This document shows positions 49,435 through 58,568 of a DNA stretch of 64,000 bases, piece after piece (position 1 is the stretch's first letter; each line of letters starts with the position of its first letter). Both the position numbers and the translations under genes were made by a program. The DNA comes from an uncultured Verrucomicrobia subdivision 3 bacterium (GTDB taxonomy: Bacteria > Verrucomicrobiota > Verrucomicrobiia > Limisphaerales > DASXHY01): assembly GCA_937890005.1 (NCBI GenBank), contig CALBZA010000085.1, positions 2,366 through 66,365 of the forward strand, read 5' to 3'. The notes beneath the pieces were generated by a model. It did no database searches and was not told the origin of the DNA. It saw only the letters and a program-made list of their open reading frames with translations.

Positions 49435-49957
49435 CCGCCAGAAAATTCTCATCATCGCCGTCGCGGTCATGGCGGCCGTCCTTGTCGGCGACAAGTTGAT
49501 TGTGTCGCCGCTCACAAAGATGTGGGACAAACGACAGAAGGAAATTGCGGCGCTGCGCACGAAGGTGACCGAAGGGCGGGCATTGGTTCGTCGCGAAGAT
49601 GTGCTCCAGGAACGATGGCGAGAGATGCGGAAGAACATGTTGCCGAACGATTCCTCGCGCGCACAGGAGCAGCTGCTGAATGCGATCCAGGAATGGGCGC
49701 AGGAAAGCAGCGTGAGCATCAATGCGATCACGCCCCAGTGGAAGGAAAGCGACACCGACAATTACCGAACACTTGTCTGCCGCATCGATGCGTCCGGGAC
49801 GCTCTGGATGCTGAGCCGCTTTATCTATGACATCGAGAAAGGTCCGCTCGGTTTGAAGCTTGAATCCGTGGACATCACATCACGCGACAATACCGGCCGG
49901 CAGATTTCGCTCGGCCTGCAATTGAGCGGCCTCGTTCTAATGCCCAATTCGAAATGA
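49421..49957 (+). CDS. GspM/PilO-like assembly protein
   Basis: Single N-terminal TM segment ILIIAVAVMAAVLVG, a coiled region, and position in the cluster. ATG 49421 overlaps the upstream gene by 14 nt. Confidence 0.55.
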   Translation: MKTDNRQKILIIAVAVMAAVLVGDKLIVSPLTKMWDKRQKEIAALRTKVTEGRALVRREDVLQERWREMRKNMLPNDSSRAQEQLLNAIQEWAQESSVSINAITPQWKESDTDNYRTLVCRIDASGTLWMLSRFIYDIEKGPLGLKLESVDITSRDNTGRQISLGLQLSGLVLMPNSK

Positions 49958-50847
49958 ATTTGAAATTCCGACAGATGAAAAAATGGTTCGCCGTCGCGGC
50001 AATGGCGCTTCCGGTGGCGTCTGCCGTTTCGCAGGAGACGAATGCTGTCAATCCGCGCGACTTCGCCGCGTTTCAGATCATCAACAACCGAAACATCTTT
50101 GATCCGAACCGCCGTCCGCCGCGCGTTGAAAGTCCCCGGGACAACACGCCCCGGCAGCCGCAGATCGTGGATACGTTTTCCCTTGTGGGAACGATGAGTT
50201 ACTCCGGCAAACTCCTGGCGTTCTTCGACGGCAGCAGGTCGGATTACCGCCGCTCCCTTGCCGTCGGTGATCGAATTGCCACCTACAGTGTGGGTGACAT
50301 TCAGCACAATCTGGTGAAACTTCAATCAGGTACAAACCAGATCGAACTCAAGGTTGGTATGCAACTGCGCCGCACCGAAGATGGCAGCTGGTCGATGGCG
50401 GAAGCTCCCGCCGGTGGAGTCGCATCCACCTATACCGGCAATCGCCAGCGCGGAAATGATCGCAGCTCGTGGGGACGGAACAACTCCCGCTGGGGCGGAC
50501 AGACTTCGAGCAGCTCAACCACCGGCAGCAGCAGTGGCAGCAGCGAGACGTCAACGCCCAATCTTGCGAATCTCGACCCGAACGATCCGGTCGCGCGCAT
50601 GATGCTCCGCCGAATGCAGGAGGAGGGAATCGTTCCTCCTCAGAACAATGCCAACACCCAGACAGTTGAAGGACAGCCCAATTCGCTGGACCCGTCGGCA
50701 GAAGGCCAGTCTTCCCCACAACAGCAACGTCAGCAGTCGCAGCAGTCGGAACCGGAATCTTCCAATGAAGTTCCAGGCAACCCTATCAATCAGGATTCCA
50801 ATTTCATCCAGCAATCAGAACAGCCTTTCTCGGAGTTAAGATCATGA
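49954..50847 (+). CDS. GspC/PilP-like periplasmic protein with a long S/Q/N-rich tail
   Basis: Signal peptide, FDPNRRPP motif, a beta-rich domain, and a low-complexity C-terminus. Confidence 0.55.
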   Translation: MNLKFRQMKKWFAVAAMALPVASAVSQETNAVNPRDFAAFQIINNRNIFDPNRRPPRVESPRDNTPRQPQIVDTFSLVGTMSYSGKLLAFFDGSRSDYRRSLAVGDRIATYSVGDIQHNLVKLQSGTNQIELKVGMQLRRTEDGSWSMAEAPAGGVASTYTGNRQRGNDRSSWGRNNSRWGGQTSSSSTTGSSSGSSETSTPNLANLDPNDPVARMMLRRMQEEGIVPPQNNANTQTVEGQPNSLDPSAEGQSSPQQQRQQSQQSEPESSNEVPGNPINQDSNFIQQSEQPFSELRS

Positions 50848-52148
50848 AAATCAAATCACGCTTCATTTCACCGAACCAAATGAAAGCCATCATTGCCGCA
50901 TCCAGTCGTTGTCATCCGATGTTCGTTGCAGCGTTGCTGGCGATCGGCCAATGGGAACTCGCCGCCCAGGACGGAGCGGCGGCTTCCGAAACAGCTTCCG
51001 CAAACGCCGTCGTCCAGTCTGCCGAAAGTGCGAGCGCCGAACCGGCGCCAAACACGGTCAGCACCAACGGCGGCCTCAGGCTCAATTTCAGGAACGCCCC
51101 AATCGATCTTGTCCTCAGCCATCTCAGTGAGGCGGCGGGATTCATCATCGAATTGGACACGCGTGTGAGCGGCAACGTCAGCGTGATCAGCAGTCATCCG
51201 ATGACGAAGGACGAAGCCGTCGATCTTCTCAATTCTGTTCTCAACCGCAACGGCTACGCCGCCGTTCGCAGTGGCGAACGCACGCTCAAGATCATGGACA
51301 AGGCGTCCGCGAAACTCTCAAACCCGGTCCGAATCGGCAACGAGCCTTCCGCCATACCGAACAATGACGAAATGGTGACGCAGATCATTCCCATCCGTTA
51401 TGTGGAGGCGGGGCAGCTCGTTTCGGATATTTCGCCGTTTGTGTCGTCCAGCGCGACGATCATCGCCAACCAGGCCGGCAACTCGATCATCATCACGGAC
51501 ACGCAGGCGAACATCCGCCATCTGGTGGAGATCATCAAGGCGATCGATTCCAGCGCGGAGGATGTCACTGAAGTGAAGGTGTTCCGGCTGCGTCACGCCG
51601 ATCCGACCGAGACGGCGACATTGCTCAGCTCGTTGTTCCCGGAACAGGGTGGAACTGCGCAGGCGCCGATTCGTTTCGGCAATCGTGGCGGTGGTCAGGG
51701 CGGACGCGGTGGATTTCCGGGCTTCGGCGGTTTTGCCGCGGCATTCGGTGGTGGAAACAATCAGGGTGGAAATTCGCAGGCCGACCGCATCAAGAAGCGC
51801 AACCAGGTTGTTGCCGTTGCCGATGCCCGCACGTCGTCCGTCGTTGTGACAGCCACGCGCGACCTGATGGAGCAGATCACGGAAATGGTTGCGCAGCTTG
51901 ACCAGCCCGGGAAGCAGCAGAGGATGGTTGTGATTCCTGTGGTGCATGCCGACACCGTTGAGGTCATGAACGCGCTGCAGGACACCGTGGGCGCCAGCAC
52001 GACCCGGAACAGCCGGAACTCGCAGAACAGTCCGTTCTCGTCCCGCATCCAGCAGAATCTGAACAACAGTACCACAGGCGGCGGCTTTGGAGGCCAGGGC
52101 AACCGCGGCGGCGCTTTTGGCGGTCGCACTGGCACTCAACGCTTCTAA
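50844..52148 (+). CDS. secretin N-terminal module (N0 plus ring-building N domains) with no secretin C-domain
   Basis: NFRNAPIDLVLSHLSEAAGFII (N0) is followed by repeated beta-alpha-beta-beta-alpha-type N domains. The ORF ends in a Gly-rich tail. Confidence 0.75.
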   Translation: MKIKSRFISPNQMKAIIAASSRCHPMFVAALLAIGQWELAAQDGAAASETASANAVVQSAESASAEPAPNTVSTNGGLRLNFRNAPIDLVLSHLSEAAGFIIELDTRVSGNVSVISSHPMTKDEAVDLLNSVLNRNGYAAVRSGERTLKIMDKASAKLSNPVRIGNEPSAIPNNDEMVTQIIPIRYVEAGQLVSDISPFVSSSATIIANQAGNSIIITDTQANIRHLVEIIKAIDSSAEDVTEVKVFRLRHADPTETATLLSSLFPEQGGTAQAPIRFGNRGGGQGGRGGFPGFGGFAAAFGGGNNQGGNSQADRIKKRNQVVAVADARTSSVVVTATRDLMEQITEMVAQLDQPGKQQRMVVIPVVHADTVEVMNALQDTVGASTTRNSRNSQNSPFSSRIQQNLNNSTTGGGFGGQGNRGGAFGGRTGTQRF

Positions 52149-52178
52149 CACACACGCCGCTCTTCAATCTTTACGAAC

Positions 52179-53372
52179 ATGAAAATGCTTAACTGGAAAC
52201 GAAACCTTGGGACGGCACTCGCGGCCGGCCTCGCCCTCTGCGCCGTGCAGGAGACTTTGGCGCAACCGGGCGGCCTTGGTGGTCTCGGCGGGTTCAACAA
52301 TAATGCCAATCGGAACCGTAACACGACGACGGGACAATACACTCCGAACAATCAGGTTGGCACAGCCCAGGTTTCGATGGACGAATCGGGAAATCTGATC
52401 GTGGTCGGCGACGAGGCGACCATTGCCCAGATTCAGCAGGTCGTCCAACAGCTCGACCGTCCGCGTCCACAGGTGCTCATCAAGGTGGTATTCCTCGAAG
52501 TGCAGCACACCGACGCGATGGACATCGGAATCGAGGGTGCTTACGGCAAAAATCTGGGCGGCGGCGTGACGAACAACCTTGCGACCGTTTTCGGACAGAA
52601 CGGCTTGAACAGCATCGTGACGAATGTCTTTCCGGTGGGGCCGGCTCAGAGCTTTCCGGCCTTGACGCAAACCACACCGGGAGCCGGTGTGTATCAGGTT
52701 CTCGGCAGTGATTTTCAGGCGACATTGCGGGCAATCGCACAGGCGGGCAGGGCGCAGCTGCTTTCCCGTCCGTCCATTCTCGCGCGCGACCGGCAGCCGG
52801 CACTTATTCAGATCGGGCAGGATGTTCCGCTGATCACCAGCGTCAACTACACGACTCTCGGCAACCAGCAGAACGGCATCAGTTATACGTCGGTGGGAAT
52901 CATCCTCCGCGTCACGCCCTACATCACTCCGAACGGAATGGTTCAGATGATCATTTCGCCTGAAACCTCCGCTCTGAACCCGAATGTGTCCGTCCCAATC
53001 GCGGCCGGGGTCAACGCGCCGGCGATCGACATCCGCCGTGCAGACACGGTGGCCATTACACCAAATGGCCAGACTGTGGTGATCGGTGGCCTGATGGCGA
53101 GCGACAAGGCATCTTCGGAAAGCAAGGTTCCGTTCCTCGGCGACATTCCGATTCTTGGAAATCTGTTCAAGCGCAAGACCAGCGGTGGCACCAAGACTGA
53201 GCTGTTGATCTTCCTCACGCCGCACATTGTGAACACGCCGACCCAGCTCGCGTCGCTCAGCGCGAATGAGCAGGATCGGAGCACGCTGATCCAGAAGTCG
53301 ATTTCGGAAGAGGAGCTCGACAAGTTTCTGGAGCGTGTGCCGGTAAAGAAGGAGCCGGCTTTCGGAAAGTAA
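52179..53372 (+). CDS. secretin C-terminal module (GspD/PilQ family) with its own signal peptide
   Basis: Signal peptide MKMLNWKRNLGTALAAGLALCAVQETLAQ, and secretin-domain motifs LLSRPSILARDRQPALIQIGQDVP and VPFLGDIPILGNLFK. Confidence 0.85.
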   Translation: MKMLNWKRNLGTALAAGLALCAVQETLAQPGGLGGLGGFNNNANRNRNTTTGQYTPNNQVGTAQVSMDESGNLIVVGDEATIAQIQQVVQQLDRPRPQVLIKVVFLEVQHTDAMDIGIEGAYGKNLGGGVTNNLATVFGQNGLNSIVTNVFPVGPAQSFPALTQTTPGAGVYQVLGSDFQATLRAIAQAGRAQLLSRPSILARDRQPALIQIGQDVPLITSVNYTTLGNQQNGISYTSVGIILRVTPYITPNGMVQMIISPETSALNPNVSVPIAAGVNAPAIDIRRADTVAITPNGQTVVIGGLMASDKASSESKVPFLGDIPILGNLFKRKTSGGTKTELLIFLTPHIVNTPTQLASLSANEQDRSTLIQKSISEEELDKFLERVPVKKEPAFGK

Positions 53373-53382
53373 TCCTTCGATC

Positions 53383-54939
53383 ATGCAAAACGCCCGGCGC
53401 AATCCATTTGTTTATGGCTCGCTTCTGGTGCTGTGGCTGGTGGTCATTGCGTGGCAGGCGGCGGAACATCGTCGCGTCAAACAGGTCGCACAGGCCGGTC
53501 TTGCCAAACGCGCGCAGGATGTCGCTGATACGATCAGCGCGGTGATTCGCGGAATGCAGTTTCGCGGAGCGGTGATGTCCGACAACCTGGAGCCCGTTCT
53601 CAATGAACTGGTGAACGAACGGACGAATCAATGGGCGCGTTCCAGTGAGCTGGTTTGGATTGCGCTGCTGAACGCCGCCAATGAACCGCTCGCTTCGGCG
53701 GGCAAACCGACCATTCAGCTCGATCGGAATGTAGTCCTGCCTGAAAGCGGCCTGTGGACACAGGAAAGCGTCACGATGGAATTTGCCGTGGCGGGCGTTC
53801 CAGTTCCACAGCGCGGATCAAATCAACCTCCGGTTGTGGCACCGCGGTTTCGGGATCTGACGAACGCCTTGCCTCCTGAGGGTGGATGGGGTGGAAGGGG
53901 GCAGCGACGTGACAATCGCGACACGAACGAATCGTCTTCAGCATCCCTGCCCACCGAAAGTCCGGAGCCGCCAAAGCACGAAGGGCCGCCTCCGGAACCG
54001 CCGCGGGACCGTCCGCCCCGGCGTCCATTCTGGGCGCGTGGACTGGCGGAATCGGAATACCTGGCCATGATCCAGCGTCGCGAGTTGCACGGACTCGTGC
54101 TGGCGATCTCGACCCGCAGTTATCGCGAAATCATGGCACACGACATCTGGATGCGCGCCATCATCGTTTTCTTTTCAGGCATCTCGGTGCTCGGTGCGGC
54201 GATTGCCTGGCGCAACCTTTCCAAAACTTCAGAACTTCAGCTGCGGTTGGTGCGGGCCAGTGAAATGAACGCGCATCTCCGGGAAATGAATCTCGCCGCT
54301 GCGGGCCTGGCGCATGAAACGAGAAATCCGCTGAACATCGTTCGCGGGCTGGCGCAGATGATTTCAAAGCAGCCGGACGTGACACCGGAGATCCGGGAGC
54401 GATCGCGTGCGATTGTGGATGAAACGGACAAGGTCACCGTTCAGCTCAATGAATTCATCAACTACTCCCGCCCGCGTGAAGTGCGCCGTACGCCCGTGGC
54501 GATCCAGTCCGTGTTGCAGGAAGTGGCGCGCGCGCTCGGATACGACATCGAAGAGAAGAAAATCCGGCTGGAAATCAAAGGCGATCCGGTGGTCGTTGAG
54601 GCGGATGAACAGATGTTCCGTCAGGTGCTTTTCAATCTGGCGATGAATGCCATCCAGGCGCTGGGCGAAGGGGGTGAGATTCAGATCGTTTCACGGCGCA
54701 ACGATTCTTTGGAGGCGACGCTGGAGATTCGCGACAACGGCCCTGGCGTTCCAGCTGAGCGTCGAAAGGAAATTTTCAAACCTTACTTCACCACGCATCA
54801 GAAGGGCACGGGGCTCGGGCTTGCTGTTGTGCAACAGATCGTCCTCGCGCACGGCTGGGAGATCGAATGCCTTGCCAACGAACCCAAGGGCGCCATCTTC
54901 CGGATCACTCACCTCAAGCTGGCTGCCGACAGAAACTGA
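53383..54939 (+). CDS. sensor histidine kinase (two TM segments, Pro-rich linker)
   Basis: H-box AAGLAHETRNPLNIV and the ATPase G-box region GTGLGLAVVQQIVLAHGW. Confidence 0.85.
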   Translation: MQNARRNPFVYGSLLVLWLVVIAWQAAEHRRVKQVAQAGLAKRAQDVADTISAVIRGMQFRGAVMSDNLEPVLNELVNERTNQWARSSELVWIALLNAANEPLASAGKPTIQLDRNVVLPESGLWTQESVTMEFAVAGVPVPQRGSNQPPVVAPRFRDLTNALPPEGGWGGRGQRRDNRDTNESSSASLPTESPEPPKHEGPPPEPPRDRPPRRPFWARGLAESEYLAMIQRRELHGLVLAISTRSYREIMAHDIWMRAIIVFFSGISVLGAAIAWRNLSKTSELQLRLVRASEMNAHLREMNLAAAGLAHETRNPLNIVRGLAQMISKQPDVTPEIRERSRAIVDETDKVTVQLNEFINYSRPREVRRTPVAIQSVLQEVARALGYDIEEKKIRLEIKGDPVVVEADEQMFRQVLFNLAMNAIQALGEGGEIQIVSRRNDSLEATLEIRDNGPGVPAERRKEIFKPYFTTHQKGTGLGLAVVQQIVLAHGWEIECLANEPKGAIFRITHLKLAADRN

Positions 54940-54971
54940 ACCGTCGTGGCGGAGCCATTCGACAGAGCGGC

Positions 54972-55859
54972 TTAAAACGCCCGCATAGTGTCGAGCACCG
55001 CCTTGATCCGGGGAACTTCGTGCGTTCGGAAAAGGTCGGTTTTGCCAAGGCTCGCCAGAACCGCAAAGAACGGTTCGGCGCAACGGACGTCATCGCCGAA
55101 GTATTCAAACGCGTGCGGCAGTGCGTGGCAGATTGGGAATCCCAGTGTGCGCAGCCGGAACGTATTCAAAAAAACGTTCATCTGATGACGCACCCGCACG
55201 GCGCTGTCCTGAAGGTTGCGGTAATAAAATCCGAGGCCGGGATCGATGAAGATTTTGTTCACTCCATTGCGCTCAGCGATTTCAATCTGGCGGCTGAAGT
55301 AGTCCTTCATCAGCGCGACCGGATCGGCGGAGAAATCGAAATCGCCGACCTCCCGGACATGTTTTCCCTGCACGTAGCAGATGATCACAGCCGCATCGTG
55401 ATCCGCCACCATCCGGAACAGTTCGTCCGTTCGTTCAGTGCCGGTGAGGTTGAGTATGTTTGCGCCGGCTTCGAGCGCTGCGCGGGTTACGCCGGGTTGA
55501 TACGTTTCAACCGAAACCAGAATTCCCGCGGTGCGCAATTGTCGGATCACCGGAATGAGCTTGCTGTTCTGCATCGCTTCATCGGCGCGCGCCGCGTGAG
55601 CGAGTGTCGATTCGGCGCCGAGATCGATGATGTCCGCTCCCTGTTCGTGAAGAATTTTTCCGCGGCGCACGGCGGTTTCCTCGCTCAGGCAGACGCTTTC
55701 GCGGTACCATGAATCGGCGGAGAGATTGATCACCCCCATGACGGCGGGGTTTGAGTTAAAGTCGAACGGCCTGTCTCCGATGGAAAACGACCGGACGCGT
55801 GCGGAGCGGGCTTCCTGATTTTTGGCGGCAAGTTCGGCCAGGAATTCAAGCGTAAGCAT
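54972..55859 (-). CDS. folP: dihydropteroate synthase
   Basis: Pterin-binding fold with VMGVINLSADSW, GADIIDLGAEST and DPGLGF. Confidence 0.85.
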   Translation of the reverse strand: MLTLEFLAELAAKNQEARSARVRSFSIGDRPFDFNSNPAVMGVINLSADSWYRESVCLSEETAVRRGKILHEQGADIIDLGAESTLAHAARADEAMQNSKLIPVIRQLRTAGILVSVETYQPGVTRAALEAGANILNLTGTERTDELFRMVADHDAAVIICYVQGKHVREVGDFDFSADPVALMKDYFSRQIEIAERNGVNKIFIDPGLGFYYRNLQDSAVRVRHQMNVFLNTFRLRTLGFPICHALPHAFEYFGDDVRCAEPFFAVLASLGKTDLFRTHEVPRIKAVLDTMRAF

Positions 55860-55953
55860 TGAGGCGAGCCTAGGGGAAGAGAGTGAGGCTGTCAGCTGGA
55901 GACGCGAACAAAAAAATATTCGACAGAAGCGGCGGCTGGACCAAGATTTACCT

Positions 55954-56199
55954 GTGCCAATTTACGAATACGAGCTTTGTGAAGGGGACTGCAAGGTCTG
56001 CGGCGGCAAGTTCACGCTGCGCAGGCCTGTTTCTGCCGCGCCGCTGACGCAATGCCCGGCGTGCAAGAAGCCAGTCCGAAAAGTGATTTCCACGTTCAAC
56101 TCTCCGGTGAAGCTGAAGCCGCTGTCGATCACAGACGCCAAGAAGGCCGGTTTCACGGTTTTGAAGCGCGTCAGCAAGGGGGAATACGAACGCCAGTGA
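55954..56199 (+). CDS. FmdB-family zinc-ribbon protein
   Basis: (V)PIYEYEL...CKVCGG...CPACKK. The GTG start at 55954 lies within track ORF 55822..56199. Confidence 0.7.
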   Translation: MPIYEYELCEGDCKVCGGKFTLRRPVSAAPLTQCPACKKPVRKVISTFNSPVKLKPLSITDAKKAGFTVLKRVSKGEYERQ

Positions 56200-56346
56200 A
56201 TCGGCTCGCTGCATGGGCATTGTTCGGCGAAAAACGTTGCGCCAGAAGTCTTAATTTGGCTTTATCAGGCGAGTTTTCGGCGGGCACGAACGCCGAGGCA
56301 GACACTCTAACGTCGCAGGCACGGACGGCCGGGCCGCCATGACCGC

Positions 56347-56625
56347 ATGAAACGCAGCCGAATGCAGATTTTTTACTCCGGCCACGTGCAAGGAGTAGGT
56401 TTTCGATACGCCGTCAAACAGGTTGCTGCGGGGTTTGAGGTGGTCGGCACGGTTCGGAATCTCCCCGATGGACGGGTCGAGCTGGTGGCCGAAGGAATGA
56501 GGGAGGAATTGGATGCCTTCCGCAAAGCCATTCCCGAAGCGGGATTGGAACGCTTCATACGGAATGAAGATGTGTCCTGGGGCGAAGCTGCGGGCGCATT
56601 CCGCGGGTTTGAAATCGTAAGATAA
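56347..56625 (+). CDS. acyP: acylphosphatase
   Basis: SGHVQGVGFRY and RNLPDGRVELVAEG. Confidence 0.85.
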   Translation: MKRSRMQIFYSGHVQGVGFRYAVKQVAAGFEVVGTVRNLPDGRVELVAEGMREELDAFRKAIPEAGLERFIRNEDVSWGEAAGAFRGFEIVR

Positions 56626-56627
56626 AA

Positions 56628-57350
56628 ATGAAGTTCGCGATTATTGCTGACATACACGCCAACCTTGAGGCGCTGCAGGTCGTTCTGGAAGACATTAAGG
56701 AACAGAAGTGCACGCATTACGCCTGCCTCGGGGACATCATCGGCTACAACGCCAATCCCAAGGAATGTCTCGATATCATTCGCGGCATGAACATCCCGTG
56801 CGTGAAGGGCAACCACGACGAATACTGCTCCACCGACGGTGCGCTTGACGGATTCAATCCCGCCGCCGCCGAGGCCGTGAACTGGACCCGCCAGCAACTC
56901 ACCGAGGACGATCGCCAGTGGCTGCGCGATCTCAAGTATGTCCGGATGGTCACCAATTTTTCGATCGTGCATGCCACGCTCGACGGTCCGCAGCGATGGG
57001 GCTACGTCTTCGACAAGCTCGCCGCCGCAGCCAGCTTCACCTACCAGAATACTTCGGTCTGTTTCTTCGGGCACACCCACGTTCCCGTTGCGTTCATGCG
57101 CGACAGCGTGGTGCGCGGAGGCACTTATTCGAAGTTCAAGGTCGAACCGGGCAAAAAGTATTTCGTCAATGTCGGCGCTGTTGGCCAGCCGCGTGACAAC
57201 AATCCGAAGGCGGCTTACGTCGTTTACGATGTCGATGAAGGGACGATCGAACTTCGCCGCCTCGATTACGACATTGCCACAGCTCAACGAAAGATTCTCG
57301 AAGCCGGATTGCCGGAGCGTCTCGCCGAACGGCTCGCTTATGGCCGTTAA
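56628..57350 (+). CDS. metallophosphoesterase-family protein
   Basis: ADIHAN, LGDIIGY, GNHDEY and GHTHVP motifs. Confidence 0.8.
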   Translation: MKFAIIADIHANLEALQVVLEDIKEQKCTHYACLGDIIGYNANPKECLDIIRGMNIPCVKGNHDEYCSTDGALDGFNPAAAEAVNWTRQQLTEDDRQWLRDLKYVRMVTNFSIVHATLDGPQRWGYVFDKLAAAASFTYQNTSVCFFGHTHVPVAFMRDSVVRGGTYSKFKVEPGKKYFVNVGAVGQPRDNNPKAAYVVYDVDEGTIELRRLDYDIATAQRKILEAGLPERLAERLAYGR

Positions 57351-57399
57351 TGGTCTGCCCGTCTGTCCGGATTCAATGCTGCGCTGACCCTGTTGCGCA

Positions 57400-58440
57400 T
57401 TGAAAATCCTCATCCTCAAGCCGAGTTCGCTGGGCGATGTCATTCAGGCCCTGCCGGTGCTCCGGTTGTTGAAACTCCACTGGCCGGAGAGCGAAATCCA
57501 CTGGTGGATCGATTCCGCACTCGCGCCGTTGCTGGAAGGCGATCCAGATCTTGCGGGTGTCGTTCGATTCGAAAGGCGCCGATGGGCTTCCCCTGGTCAC
57601 TGGCCTGAGATGGTTGCGAGCGTGCGCTGGATGCGCAGCCAGCAGTTCGATCTCGTCATTGATCTCCAATGCCTCGCGCGCAGCGGCGCGTTCGCGTGGT
57701 TTGCGAATGGACGGCAGCTGGTCGGGCTCGATGAAGTTCGTGAAGGCGCCCGCGGTTTTTACGACATTGCCGTTCGGCGTCCTTCCTACCACACCCACGC
57801 CGTCGATTGGTATCTCGAAACTCTCAAGGCACTGCGTGTTCCCGTGCATTGGAATTTCAACTGGATTCCGGAAAGAAAATCGGTGGCGGACGCGCTGGAG
57901 TCCCGTTTGAAACTCGGCGGTTCGCGATGGGTTGCCATTCAACCCGGGGCGCGTTGGATGAACAAACGCTGGCCGGTGGAACACTTTGGACGGCTTGTGC
58001 AACAACTCGCGACAGAAAGGCTGGACATCCAGATTGCCATTCTCGGCGGAGCTTCAGACAGCGAACTGGGCGCGTCGATCAGCAGGCAGAGTCCCGATCG
58101 TTGTCTCGATCTCACGGGAAAACTTTCCCTGCCGGAAATGATCGAACTGTTGCGCCGCGTTGAGGTGATGGTGACGAACGACACCGGTCCGATGCATGTC
58201 GCGGCGGCGCTTGGCAAGCCTGTGGTGGGTCTCTTCGGTCCCACGGAACCGCGCCGAACCGGACCCTATGGCCAGCTTTCGAATGCCATCCAGGGCAGGC
58301 TTCCTTGCATTCCTTGCATGAAACCGGAGTGCACCTGGCGTGAGCCGATCGAGTGTTTGAAGATGATCACGCCCGAGAGTGTCATGGGCCGTGTTCGACG
58401 TCATTTGTCTGCCAGCCAGGCGGTTCGGGTTTTCCTCTGA
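57400..58440 (+). CDS. glycosyltransferase family 9 (LPS heptosyltransferase-like)
   Basis: MKILILKPSSLGDVIQALPVL and the C-terminal NDTGPMHVAAALGKPVVGLFGPT. Confidence 0.85.
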   Translation: MKILILKPSSLGDVIQALPVLRLLKLHWPESEIHWWIDSALAPLLEGDPDLAGVVRFERRRWASPGHWPEMVASVRWMRSQQFDLVIDLQCLARSGAFAWFANGRQLVGLDEVREGARGFYDIAVRRPSYHTHAVDWYLETLKALRVPVHWNFNWIPERKSVADALESRLKLGGSRWVAIQPGARWMNKRWPVEHFGRLVQQLATERLDIQIAILGGASDSELGASISRQSPDRCLDLTGKLSLPEMIELLRRVEVMVTNDTGPMHVAAALGKPVVGLFGPTEPRRTGPYGQLSNAIQGRLPCIPCMKPECTWREPIECLKMITPESVMGRVRRHLSASQAVRVFL

Positions 58441-58568
58441 ATATTGGGGCGGATTGTCGCGTCCACTTTTCCATTCGCCGGTGTTTCGAGGCAATCCGTT
58501 GGCGTCGCGGTTTTCATCTTTGCTGTTTTGCGGCTTGCCAGTTCGCTGTGTGGAAATAGAGTGGTTCA

